32,000 bases of DNA from Schaalia odontolytica (GTDB taxonomy: Bacteria > Actinomycetota > Actinomycetes > Actinomycetales > Actinomycetaceae). Position 1 is the first letter of the stretch; every line of letters starts with the position of its first letter. The notes beneath the pieces are model-generated. The model was not told the origin of the DNA. It saw nothing but the letters and a program-made list of their open reading frames with translations, and did not search any database. Positions 1-6,900 of this stretch are shown here, in pieces. The stretch is from assembly GCF_005696695.1 (NCBI RefSeq), contig NZ_CP040006.1, positions 2,130,001-2,162,000 of the forward strand, given 5' to 3'. The position numbers and the translations under genes are program-made.

Positions 1-144
1 GCCCTCGCACGCGTGCGGCGGCTCTCCTCGTGCGGATCCATGGACGAGGCGGGGGCTCAGTCCGCGGTCACCTCTCCGGACCCGCGTTTGCCGAAGAATA
101 GCTGTGGCCGGTGGGATCGGGAGCAGTCATGCCTCTATTGTCGC

Positions 145-190
145 GGACCGCCCGCGCCCGTGCACATATGTGCGTGGGCGCGGGCGGTCC
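145..190. terminator. Long GC-rich inverted repeat downstream of the MscS-like gene (possible bidirectional terminator)
   Basis: GGACCGCCCGCGCCCGTGCACAT / ATGTGCGTGGGCGCGGGCGGTCC, 23-nt arms with 2 mismatches, followed by GTTTTCC on +. It lies about 55 nt past the stop of the minus-strand CDS. Confidence 0.4.
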
Positions 191-244
191 GTTTTCCTCG
201 CGCTGGCCTCAGTGACGAGGCCGTGGCCCGTTCACCTGTCCCCA

Positions 245-3200
245 TCACTCATTGGTGGCGGGCCCTGCGCTGGAGGTCTTCTTTGCCGCTGCCTTCTTGG
301 GAGCCGCCTTCTTGGCGGCACCCTTCTTGGCGGCGGGCTTCTTCGCGGTGACCTTCTTGGCGGGAGCCTTCGCGTCCTTTGCAGGGGTCGTGTCGGCTGC
401 CTTATCAGCAGCGGCGCCGTCCGTCACGGTTTTTGTGGCCGCGGCGGAGGACTTTTTGGCACCCTTCTTCGCGGTCGAGGCCTTCTTAGTGGCCGCCTTC
501 TTCGCGGGAGCCTTCTTCGCGCCGGCCTTGGTGGAGGCCGCCTTCTTGGCGGGCTCCTTCTTCGCCGGGGCTTCCTCTTCCGCCGCGAGGACGTCTGTCG
601 CGGCGGCGTCCTCAGCATTCACACCCTCAGACGCCGGCTCGGCGATGGCCGCCGCGGGCATCACGAGGGTCTCGTCCACGGGCTCGTCGACGGAGGGCAG
701 GACCTGCGTGGCGTCGGAATCGAGCGCGCCGGCCTCTTCGGCCTCCACGGGATCCATGACGACGGTCGCGTCGGCAGCGGGTTCGTCGGCGGCGTCCTTC
801 TGCGCAGCCTCAACCTCGGCAACCTCCACCTCGGGGGCCGAGTCCTCCGCGGGCGCACTCTCAGGCGCCACAGCCTCGTCGGTCGTGGCCTCGTCGGTCG
901 CGGCCTTTTCGATCACCACAGACTCGGCGTTCTCGGGCTTGGGTTCCCGGGGCTCGACGGCCGGGATCTGGCCGGTGACGGCGCGCAGCATATCGGCCTC
1001 GGCGCCGGTGGGGGCGACAGCGGGGAAGAAGTCCATGATGGACACGCGCGCGGGCTTCACCGTGGGCGTGGGGCGGGTTTCCGCGTCGAGGCGCGCCTCT
1101 TCCGCGACCGCGTACCAGCCGGGGTGGACGGCGGGCTCGTCGGTCTCCTCCTCGGGCGCGCGGGATACGGCCATCTCGGCGGGGGTCGGCGCGGGCGGCG
1201 GCACGAGCGCGGGCGCGATCGCCTGGACCGTGTCGGTCATGACGGGTCGACCGGTGCGCACGGGCGGGGGCACCTGCACGGGATGTTTCACGGATGTTTC
1301 ACGCGCGGGGATCGGCGTGGTTTCCTGCTCGTCCGGGGACACTTGGACGTCCGACGAGGCCTGGGCCTCCTCCTCGCCTCCCGTTTCCTCGGGCGCGTCG
1401 GGGGCGGGTGCGCCCTCATGCTCAGCGTCCTCGACGGGGGCGCTGTCCTCCTGCGAATCGTCGGCGCGCGATTCGCTGGAATCGGCGGATGCGCCAGCGT
1501 CGGTGGCCGCGTCCTCGGGGGCCTCGCCCTGCGCGGGGGCAGCCTGCACGTCGGCGGCCTGTTCCTCAGTGGAAGCGGCATCGGCAGACTGCGCGGCGGC
1601 CTCGGGCTTCACGCCTTCGGTCTGGTCGTCAGCGGTTTCGGATCCGGCGTCAGCAGTGTCGGGCTTCTCGTCGGCGGAATCGTCTGCGACAGAGTCAGCC
1701 GCAGCGTCCTTCACGGTCGCATCGTCCGCGCGCTCAGCACCCGCAACCTCTGCAGAATCGGCGGCCACACCCGCAGAATCGGGGGCCACACCCTGAGCAG
1801 CCTCGGGCTCCTCGTTTTCGGGCGCCTCGTTGTCGGCAACGACCGGCTCGACGCCGACGGCCGCCAGGGCGAGGGTGGCCTCGGGGTCGAGGGCCTCGGC
1901 TTCGCGGCGCTTGTGGGCCTCGCGGCGTTCCTGCGCGCGACGGGCCTCGGCCTCGCGCTCGGCGTAGACCTCTTCACCCGGGCCCTCGAGGGCGGCGGCG
2001 CGGGCCTCGGCTTCGGCGGAGCCGGAGAAGAAGCGCTCGCCTCGGCCGATGGAGGTCGCGGTGAGAGTCTGGGTGAGCTGCGGGTTCGCGTTGCCAGCGG
2101 CCTCGATGATCTTGCGCAGAGCGCTCTTGGAGATCACCTGGGTTTCGTCGCGGGAGGCGCTGGGGCCACCCTCGGCGAGTTCGCGCTGGCGGTCGGCCAT
2201 GGCGCGGCGGCGGGCGTGCTTGGCCTTGCGGCGGGCGGCGACCATGCGCGCGGCGTGGGCGGGGTCCTTGGGGGCGGCAGCCGTGGCGCCGGACGCGGAG
2301 ATCGCGGAGGCGGCGCCGCCCGTCGCGGCGCTGGACTGCTCACCGGTCGACGCGGCCGTACCCGTGTGGGAAGCCGACGTGCCCGTGGCGGCCACGGCCT
2401 CGTTCGTGCCGGAGATCCCAGCGAGTTCGGCGGCCAGGCGCGCGATGCGTTCGCGGCTCATGTCCTTTTCGACGGTGACGGTCTCGCGGGGCTCGATGCG
2501 CTGGGCGGGGCGCGCCCACGGCTCTTCGGAAACGATCCACGCGATGACCTGTTCACGCAGGTAGGCACGCAGGTCGTTGAGGTGCCCGGAGTTCTTCGCG
2601 GAGACGAGGACGCGCACGGTCACCGTGTACTCGTCGGAGTCGGTGATCTGCACGCCCCACGTGCGCCCGTCCCACAGGTCCGTGGCGGTCAGGAGCTGCT
2701 CGACCTTCGTGCGGATGAGGGTCATGGGGGCCGACCAGTCGAGCTTGAACTCAACGGTGCCAAGCTGCGCGGCGGCGCGGCGCGTCCAGTTCTCGAAGGG
2801 CGTCTGCGTGAAGTAGCGGCACGGAATGATGAGGCGGCGCTCGTCCCAGATGCGCACGACCACGTAGGAGAGGGTGATTTCCTCGACGGAACCGGTCTCC
2901 TGCTTGTCGCCGGCGACAACGACGTCACCAACGCGGATCGCGTCGGTGAAGGCCAGCTGCAGGCCGGCGAACACGTTACCGAGGGTCTGCTGGGCGGCAA
3001 GACCGGCGATGACCGAGAGGACACCGGCGGAGGCCAGCACGGTGGTCATGGCTTGGCGGGCGACCTCAAAGGTACCGATGATGGCGACCACGCCGACGAG
3101 GACGATGATCGACTGCGTGAGCCGGCGCAGGACTTGAGCCTGCGTCTCGAAGCGACGCGAACGCCCCTGGTCAGATTCCTGACGGGCCTTGGCGGCGTCC

Positions 3201-3625
3201 TCGAATACCCAGGCGGCTGCGTAGGCCATCCATGTCAGGCACGCGAGCGCGACGATGAGGAGCACGTGCATGAGGAACGTCGTGATCGACGTGCCGTTCC
3301 AGTCGGAGAGGTGCGGGTTGACCAGCGCGATACCAAGCCCCGCCCACGCTCCCCATGCCGCAAAGGTGAAGTGACCCGGGCGGCGCACACGCGCCAGGAT
3401 CGACGAGGCAATGGCAGCCTTCGCGAACGCCTTTCGGGCGAGGGCGGACATGACGACCGAAATGACAAGGCCCACGAAGGCGCCGACGATCGGGCCGAGG
3501 ATCAGGAGGGTGAGGTCGATGGTCGTGGCCACGGCGGCCTCCGCCCCGGATTGAGGGTCGGCAGCAGCCCGCATGAGGGCGTCCGAGGCCTGGGCAAGGG
3601 CACCGAGTGCTGGTGTCATAGTCAT
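245..3625 (-). CDS. MscS-family mechanosensitive ion channel with a very long low-complexity C-terminal tail (1126 aa)
   Basis: The N-terminal ~380 aa carry several TM helices. They also carry the conserved MscS pore/beta-domain stretch (QQTLGNVFAGLQLAFTDAIRVGDVVVAG...GSVEEITLSYVVVRIWDERRLIIPCRYF). The remaining ~740 aa are A/E/D/P-rich and end in a K/A/P-rich tail (AKKAAPKKAAAKK). The antisense 1196-aa ORF is an R/G-rich shadow. Confidence 0.88.
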   Translation of the reverse strand: MTMTPALGALAQASDALMRAAADPQSGAEAAVATTIDLTLLILGPIVGAFVGLVISVVMSALARKAFAKAAIASSILARVRRPGHFTFAAWGAWAGLGIALVNPHLSDWNGTSITTFLMHVLLIVALACLTWMAYAAAWVFEDAAKARQESDQGRSRRFETQAQVLRRLTQSIIVLVGVVAIIGTFEVARQAMTTVLASAGVLSVIAGLAAQQTLGNVFAGLQLAFTDAIRVGDVVVAGDKQETGSVEEITLSYVVVRIWDERRLIIPCRYFTQTPFENWTRRAAAQLGTVEFKLDWSAPMTLIRTKVEQLLTATDLWDGRTWGVQITDSDEYTVTVRVLVSAKNSGHLNDLRAYLREQVIAWIVSEEPWARPAQRIEPRETVTVEKDMSRERIARLAAELAGISGTNEAVAATGTSASHTGTAASTGEQSSAATGGAASAISASGATAAAPKDPAHAARMVAARRKAKHARRRAMADRQRELAEGGPSASRDETQVISKSALRKIIEAAGNANPQLTQTLTATSIGRGERFFSGSAEAEARAAALEGPGEEVYAEREAEARRAQERREAHKRREAEALDPEATLALAAVGVEPVVADNEAPENEEPEAAQGVAPDSAGVAADSAEVAGAERADDATVKDAAADSVADDSADEKPDTADAGSETADDQTEGVKPEAAAQSADAASTEEQAADVQAAPAQGEAPEDAATDAGASADSSESRADDSQEDSAPVEDAEHEGAPAPDAPEETGGEEEAQASSDVQVSPDEQETTPIPARETSVKHPVQVPPPVRTGRPVMTDTVQAIAPALVPPPAPTPAEMAVSRAPEEETDEPAVHPGWYAVAEEARLDAETRPTPTVKPARVSIMDFFPAVAPTGAEADMLRAVTGQIPAVEPREPKPENAESVVIEKAATDEATTDEAVAPESAPAEDSAPEVEVAEVEAAQKDAADEPAADATVVMDPVEAEEAGALDSDATQVLPSVDEPVDETLVMPAAAIAEPASEGVNAEDAAATDVLAAEEEAPAKKEPAKKAASTKAGAKKAPAKKAATKKASTAKKGAKKSSAAATKTVTDGAAADKAADTTPAKDAKAPAKKVTAKKPAAKKGAAKKAAPKKAAAKKTSSAGPATNE

Positions 3626-3720
3626 GCATCAAGCCTAGGTCGGAGAGCTGATGAATTCCTGGGAATTCCGCACAATTGCAACGTTTTTCGGTAATGTGTT
3701 AGCTGTCACTTGATTTCGTT

Positions 3721-3750
3721 TTGACGTGCCGTGCGCGTTCTGCCTAAACT
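3721..3750 (+). promoter_or_regulatory. Putative sigma-70-type promoter of the tRNA cluster
   Basis: TTGACG (3721-3726), 18-nt spacer, TAAACT (3745-3750). This is about 39 nt upstream of tRNA-Glu. Confidence 0.45.
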
Positions 3751-3788
3751 ATCTCCCGTCTTCGGACGCCAGTTCGACGGCCAAGCAG

Positions 3789-3864
<76 letters not shown>

Positions 3865-3913
3865 CCGGTCGCAATCGTGATTGGAACAATTCAATAGGTC
3901 TTACCTGTTGTAA

Positions 3914-3987
3914 GGCCCCGTAGCGCAGTTGGTTAGCGCGCCGCCCTGTCACGGCGGAGGTCGCGGGTTCAAGTCCCGTCGGGGTCG
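3914..3987 (+). tRNA. tRNA-Asp (anticodon GTC)
   Basis: GGCCCCGTAGCGCAGTTGGTTAGCGCGCCGCCCTGTCACGGCGGAGGTCGCGGGTTCAAGTCCCGTCGGGGTCG. Anticodon loop CTGTCAC, T-loop GGTTCAAGTCC. CCA is not encoded (followed by CCG). Confidence 0.95.
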
Positions 3988-4014
3988 CCGACCAGACCTT
4001 TTGGTTCAGGTCTT

Positions 4015-4090
4015 GGCTCTGTAGCTCAGTTGGTAGAGCGTTCGACTGAAAATCGAAAGGTCACCGGATCGACGCCGGTCGGAGCCACCA
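4015..4090 (+). tRNA. tRNA-Phe (anticodon GAA)
   Basis: GGCTCTGTAGCTCAGTTGGTAGAGCGTTCGACTGAAAATCGAAAGGTCACCGGATCGACGCCGGTCGGAGCCACCA. Anticodon loop CTGAAAA, encoded CCA. Confidence 0.95.
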
Positions 4091-4096
4091 GCAAGT

Positions 4097-4128
4097 CCCC
4101 GAAGCATTCGCTTCGGGGTTTTTGTTTT
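4097..4128 (+). terminator. Rho-independent terminator of the tRNA cluster
   Basis: CCCCGAAGC-ATTC-GCTTCGGGG (9-bp stem) followed by TTTTTGTTTT. Confidence 0.85.
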
Positions 4129-4505
4129 GCCCATTGCACCGACGCAGCCACCAGGACCGAGGCAGGCATGCGCGCTACACCTAACGCCGCTTAACCGAAA
4201 ACGAAGCAGCTCATATGAGCTTCGCCACCAACATAACTGGGCGACAAAAAATAGTAGCGCCAGTTAATTAATTACCGAACAACCAGAACGCCGCCCGAAT
4301 GCTCACATTTCCACCCGGCTTAATGGTTGATGAATTGCTGGACGACCAAAACAAACCCTCCATAACGTGGACAAATAGACGAAATTGAAGGCGCGGACTG
4401 TGACGGACAGGCGTAGCCTTCCCATCAGCACCATTACTTGCTAACCCGAGCGGATGGGCGGACACCCGACGCGCACGCCACGGCCTCGTCCCCCATCCAT
4501 GACGA

Positions 4506-5981
4506 ATGGAGACTCACGTGCACCCACGCAGTATCGGACGCCTTTTCCCGCTCGCTGTCGGGCTGATCGTCGCCGGCCTGCTGGCCGCGTTCATCGCGAT
4601 CGCCCCCTCCTACGCCAGCTCCGTCGGCGTCGTCACCAAGATCTCGCTGGCGCGCGAGGACAAGGAAACCACCGCTCCCACGGTCGGCATCCACGTCATG
4701 ACCATGTCCTTCGACATCGACACAACCGGTAAGGACGTCGCGCCCGGCGACACGTTCACCATTCAGATTCCGCCGGAGCTTGAGATCGTCTCGGACTCGG
4801 GCAGCTCGACGCTGAACTTCAGCATGCTCAACGACGACAAGGTCCCGGTCGTCGACTGCTCCGTCCCCGCGGGCGAGGGCGTCTCCATGACCTGCACCTT
4901 CGGCGAGTACGCGAAGGACCACCACAGCATCATCGGCCACGGCACCGTGCGCACGAAGGCGGTGCACGCCACGGCCTCGTCGACTGTATCCTTCCCGGTG
5001 AACGGCACCGCCATTGTCGTGGACCTGCCCGGCGGCTCGATCTCCGGCACGTACGAGCGCATCCTGCGCAACACCCAGAAGTGGGGCCAGCCCAAGCAAG
5101 GCGACTCCTCGCGAATCATCTGGGAGATCGACATCAAGGGATCCCAGCTGCCCGAGGGTGCGACCGCGGTCGAGATCGTTGACACCTTCGACATGAGCTC
5201 CGGCGGCTACTCGCTGGTGCCCGGGTCGGAGAAGCTCTACTACTACAACAACGACGCCGAATACCAGGCCGAGCAGGCGCCCGCCCTCAAGGCCGGCGCG
5301 TCGATCGGCGACGGCACCTTCACGATGGAGGCCAGCGCGGACGGCACCGGGTTCACCGCGACATTCCCGCGCCTGACGAACAACGGCACCTACGTCCTTC
5401 AGTACGAGGCCACGATCAACAACGTAGCGACCGTGCGCAACGGCGTTACCTTCCACAACGACGCGCTCATCAACGCGAAGCTGTACACGGGCGGCGTGGA
5501 CATCCACTCGGACGGCTCGGGTGACGCGAACGGCGACGCGAATCCGACGCCCACCCCGTCGGTGACGCCGACTCCGGAGCCGACGCCCACGCCGGAGCCG
5601 ACTCCTTCCACGACTCCCACTCCGGAGCCGACTCCTTCCACGACTCCCACTCCAGAGCCGAGCCCGACCCCGTCCGTGACCCCGTCTCCGACGCCGACCT
5701 CAACTCCGACGCCCACGCCGTCTTCCACGCCCACCCCGTCGGTGACGCCCACTCCCGAGCCGACGCCGTCGACCACCCCGACTCCTTCGGCCACGCCGAC
5801 CCCGTCGGCGCCCTCGACGCCAAGCTCGTCCACTCCCCCGGCCACGCCGCCCACTCCTCCGACTCCCGCGCCGAAGCAGCTGGCCCGCACGGGCGCCGAC
5901 ATGGCTGGCGTCCTCGCTGGTGCCGGCATGCTGGGCCTGCTGGGCGCGCTGGCGGTGGCGGCTCGCCGACGCCAGGCCTGA
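4506..5981 (+). CDS. Cell-wall-anchored surface protein with an LAxTG sorting signal and a Pro/Thr-rich stalk (491 aa)
   Basis: N-terminal signal/TM segment ([28 protein letters not shown]). C-terminal LARTG followed by a hydrophobic stretch and RRRQA. About 110 aa of [10 protein letters not shown]-type stalk. The N-terminal beta-rich domain has a [13 protein letters not shown] motif reminiscent of Cna/MSCRAMM A-domains (tentative). Confidence 0.85.
   Translation: METHVHPRSIGRLFPLAVGLIVAGLLAAFIAIAPSYASSVGVVTKISLAREDKETTAPTVGIHVMTMSFDIDTTGKDVAPGDTFTIQIPPELEIVSDSGSSTLNFSMLNDDKVPVVDCSVPAGEGVSMTCTFGEYAKDHHSIIGHGTVRTKAVHATASSTVSFPVNGTAIVVDLPGGSISGTYERILRNTQKWGQPKQGDSSRIIWEIDIKGSQLPEGATAVEIVDTFDMSSGGYSLVPGSEKLYYYNNDAEYQAEQAPALKAGASIGDGTFTMEASADGTGFTATFPRLTNNGTYVLQYEATINNVATVRNGVTFHNDALINAKLYTGGVDIHSDGSGDANGDANPTPTPSVTPTPEPTPTPEPTPSTTPTPEPTPSTTPTPEPSPTPSVTPSPTPTSTPTPTPSSTPTPSVTPTPEPTPSTTPTPSATPTPSAPSTPSSSTPPATPPTPPTPAPKQLARTGADMAGVLAGAGMLGLLGALAVAARRRQA
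5591..5665 (+). repeat. Perfect 30-bp tandem duplication (about 2.3 copies) inside the Pro/Thr stalk coding region
   Basis: (g/t)CCGGAGCCGACTCCTTCCACGACTCCCAC occurs at 5591-5620 and 5621-5650, with a diverged partial third copy. Each unit encodes [10 protein letters not shown]. Confidence 0.85.
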
Positions 5982-6023
5982 CCACCCCGCCCTCCGCGTG
6001 AGGGCGCGCATCTGACGCACTGA

Positions 6024-6052
6024 GCCCCGGCCTCGGATCGACGAGGTCGGGG
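6024..6052 (+). terminator. GC-rich hairpin downstream of the surface-protein gene (putative terminator, no U-tract)
   Basis: GCCCCGGCCTCG ... CGAGGTCGGGGC, 12 bp including one G-T pair, about 40 nt after the stop codon. Confidence 0.35.
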
Positions 6053-6328
6053 CGAAGTCATGTGCGAACGCGCCCACGCGGGGCTCGTCATTGCCGGGAA
6101 AGTGTGAGAGAAACCGGCGGCGAGCGGTCGCGTGGGCGCGTCCGTTTACACAGAACGTTTCAACAGGAGAAAGCACCCGGAAGAAACAGTGACTAGCGTA
6201 ACAGGCATCGGATTCTCGCGGGCGCGTTTGGATGATGAATTTTCGGCGAACTTTTGCGCGGCCCTCTCGGTCCATCCGGGCGCGCCACGACCGCCCTCCT
6301 ACCCCTCTCTCGGGACGACCGAAACGCA

Positions 6329-6511
6329 TCAGGGCTCGATCGCGTCCCAGTCATCGTCGAGGATGTAGGTGCCGTCGAGGCGTTCGACCATCTCGGAGGC
6401 GCGGGTGCAGGCTTCGACCGCCTCGAGAATGCCAAGGGCGATGAGGGTGCGACCGTCTGCATCGTGCAGGCGGCCCGTATCAACGACGAGGGTGGCCCGC
6501 CTGCCCGGGGA
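6329..6511 (-). pseudogene. Possible 3' remnant of a truncated gene (60 codons, no usable start codon)
   Basis: Hand translation gives SPGRRATLVVDTGRLHDADGRTLIALGILEAVEACTRASEMVERLDGTYILDDDWDAIEP*. The composition is protein-like and host-like in GC. The frame is closed by an in-frame stop at 6512-6514, exactly where the GATCACTCCC element begins. Family not recognised. Confidence 0.25.
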
Positions 6512-6569
6512 TCACTCCCAGGTGGGCTGGCTGCCACCCTCGTGCGCACCCCAGCACTATTTCGAAGAT

Positions 6570-6595
6570 GATCACTCCCGCTCAGAGCGGGAAAC
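6570..6595 (-). repeat. Palindrome-containing element resembling a type I-E CRISPR repeat (copy E2)
   Basis: The minus strand reads GTTTCCCGCTCTGAGCGGGAGTGATC, with a 7-bp stem TCCCGCT/AGCGGGA. The architecture matches I-E repeats (GTxxTCCCCGC-N-GCGGGGATxAxCC). Confidence 0.4.
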
Positions 6596-6643
6596 TATGA
6601 TCAACCGGCGTCAGTCAGCAAGAGAGCGTTGTTCATGTCCTCA

Positions 6644-6673
6644 TTGACCAAAACTCAGCTTTTAGGCTAGTAT
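6644..6673 (+). promoter_or_regulatory. Putative promoter of a small structured RNA
   Basis: TTGACC (6644-6649), 18-nt spacer, TAGTAT (6668-6673). Confidence 0.35.
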
Positions 6674-6679
6674 CGACCT

Positions 6680-6843
6680 AGCGAGAGGATGCGTCGGGCG
6701 TCTGGTAACAGACGTTCAAAGGAAGCCGCTTCAGCGGCTTCGGGTGTGGGACTGCCCTCAGCTTCGGGCTGTAAAGACCCCATGTACCAAGATCTCCTCT
6801 CGCTTTCAAGTGCTCCTGAACATCGTTCAGGAGCACTTTGTTT
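6680..6843 (+). ncRNA. Candidate ~165-nt structured small RNA between the relic zone and the CRISPR array, carrying a partial anti-repeat-like segment
   Basis: It is bounded by the promoter above and a strong terminator. A closing helix pairs GCGAGAGGA (6681-6689) with TCCTCTCGC (6795-6803). Internal hairpins are CGTCTG-GTAA-CAGACG and GAAGCCGC-TTCA-GCGGCTTC. The segment GACTG-CC-CTCAGC (6750-6762) is complementary to repeat positions 10-14 and 1-6. No credible ORF is present. Confidence 0.3.
6810..6843 (+). terminator. Rho-independent terminator (+ strand) just upstream of the array
   Basis: GTGCTCCTGAAC-ATC-GTTCAGGAGCAC (12-bp perfect stem) followed by TTTGTTT. Confidence 0.75.
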
Positions 6844-6874
6844 GCTCATTTTGATTAGGCAATTTCCGATCACG

Positions 6875-6900
6875 GATTATCTCCGCTCAGACCGGGAATC
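6875..6900 (-). repeat. Second copy of the I-E-like element (E3), abutting and overlapping the degenerate terminal type II repeat
   Basis: The + strand GATTATCTCCGCTCAGACCGGGAATC matches E2 (GATCACTCCCGCTCAGAGCGGGAAAC) at 20 of 26 positions without gaps. The offset is exactly 305 nt (5 x 61). Confidence 0.4.

Noticed and set aside
104-3694. 1196-aa + strand ORF, plus several nested ORFs, opposite the MscS-like gene
   Set aside because: The translation is R/G/L-rich and low in complexity, with no recognisable motif. It is a typical antisense shadow ORF in high-GC DNA. The minus-strand frame carries a recognisable MscS domain.
4268-4465. 65-aa minus-strand ORF in the AT-rich gap after tRNA-Phe
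   Set aside because: No RBS, no motif and odd composition. It is probably non-coding promoter or junction DNA.
5399-6091. Minus-strand ORFs (230 aa, 171 aa, 209 aa) opposite the Pro/Thr stalk of the surface protein
   Set aside because: They are G/V/R-rich mirror images of the PT-repeat coding sequence. The + frame has a signal peptide and a sortase signal.
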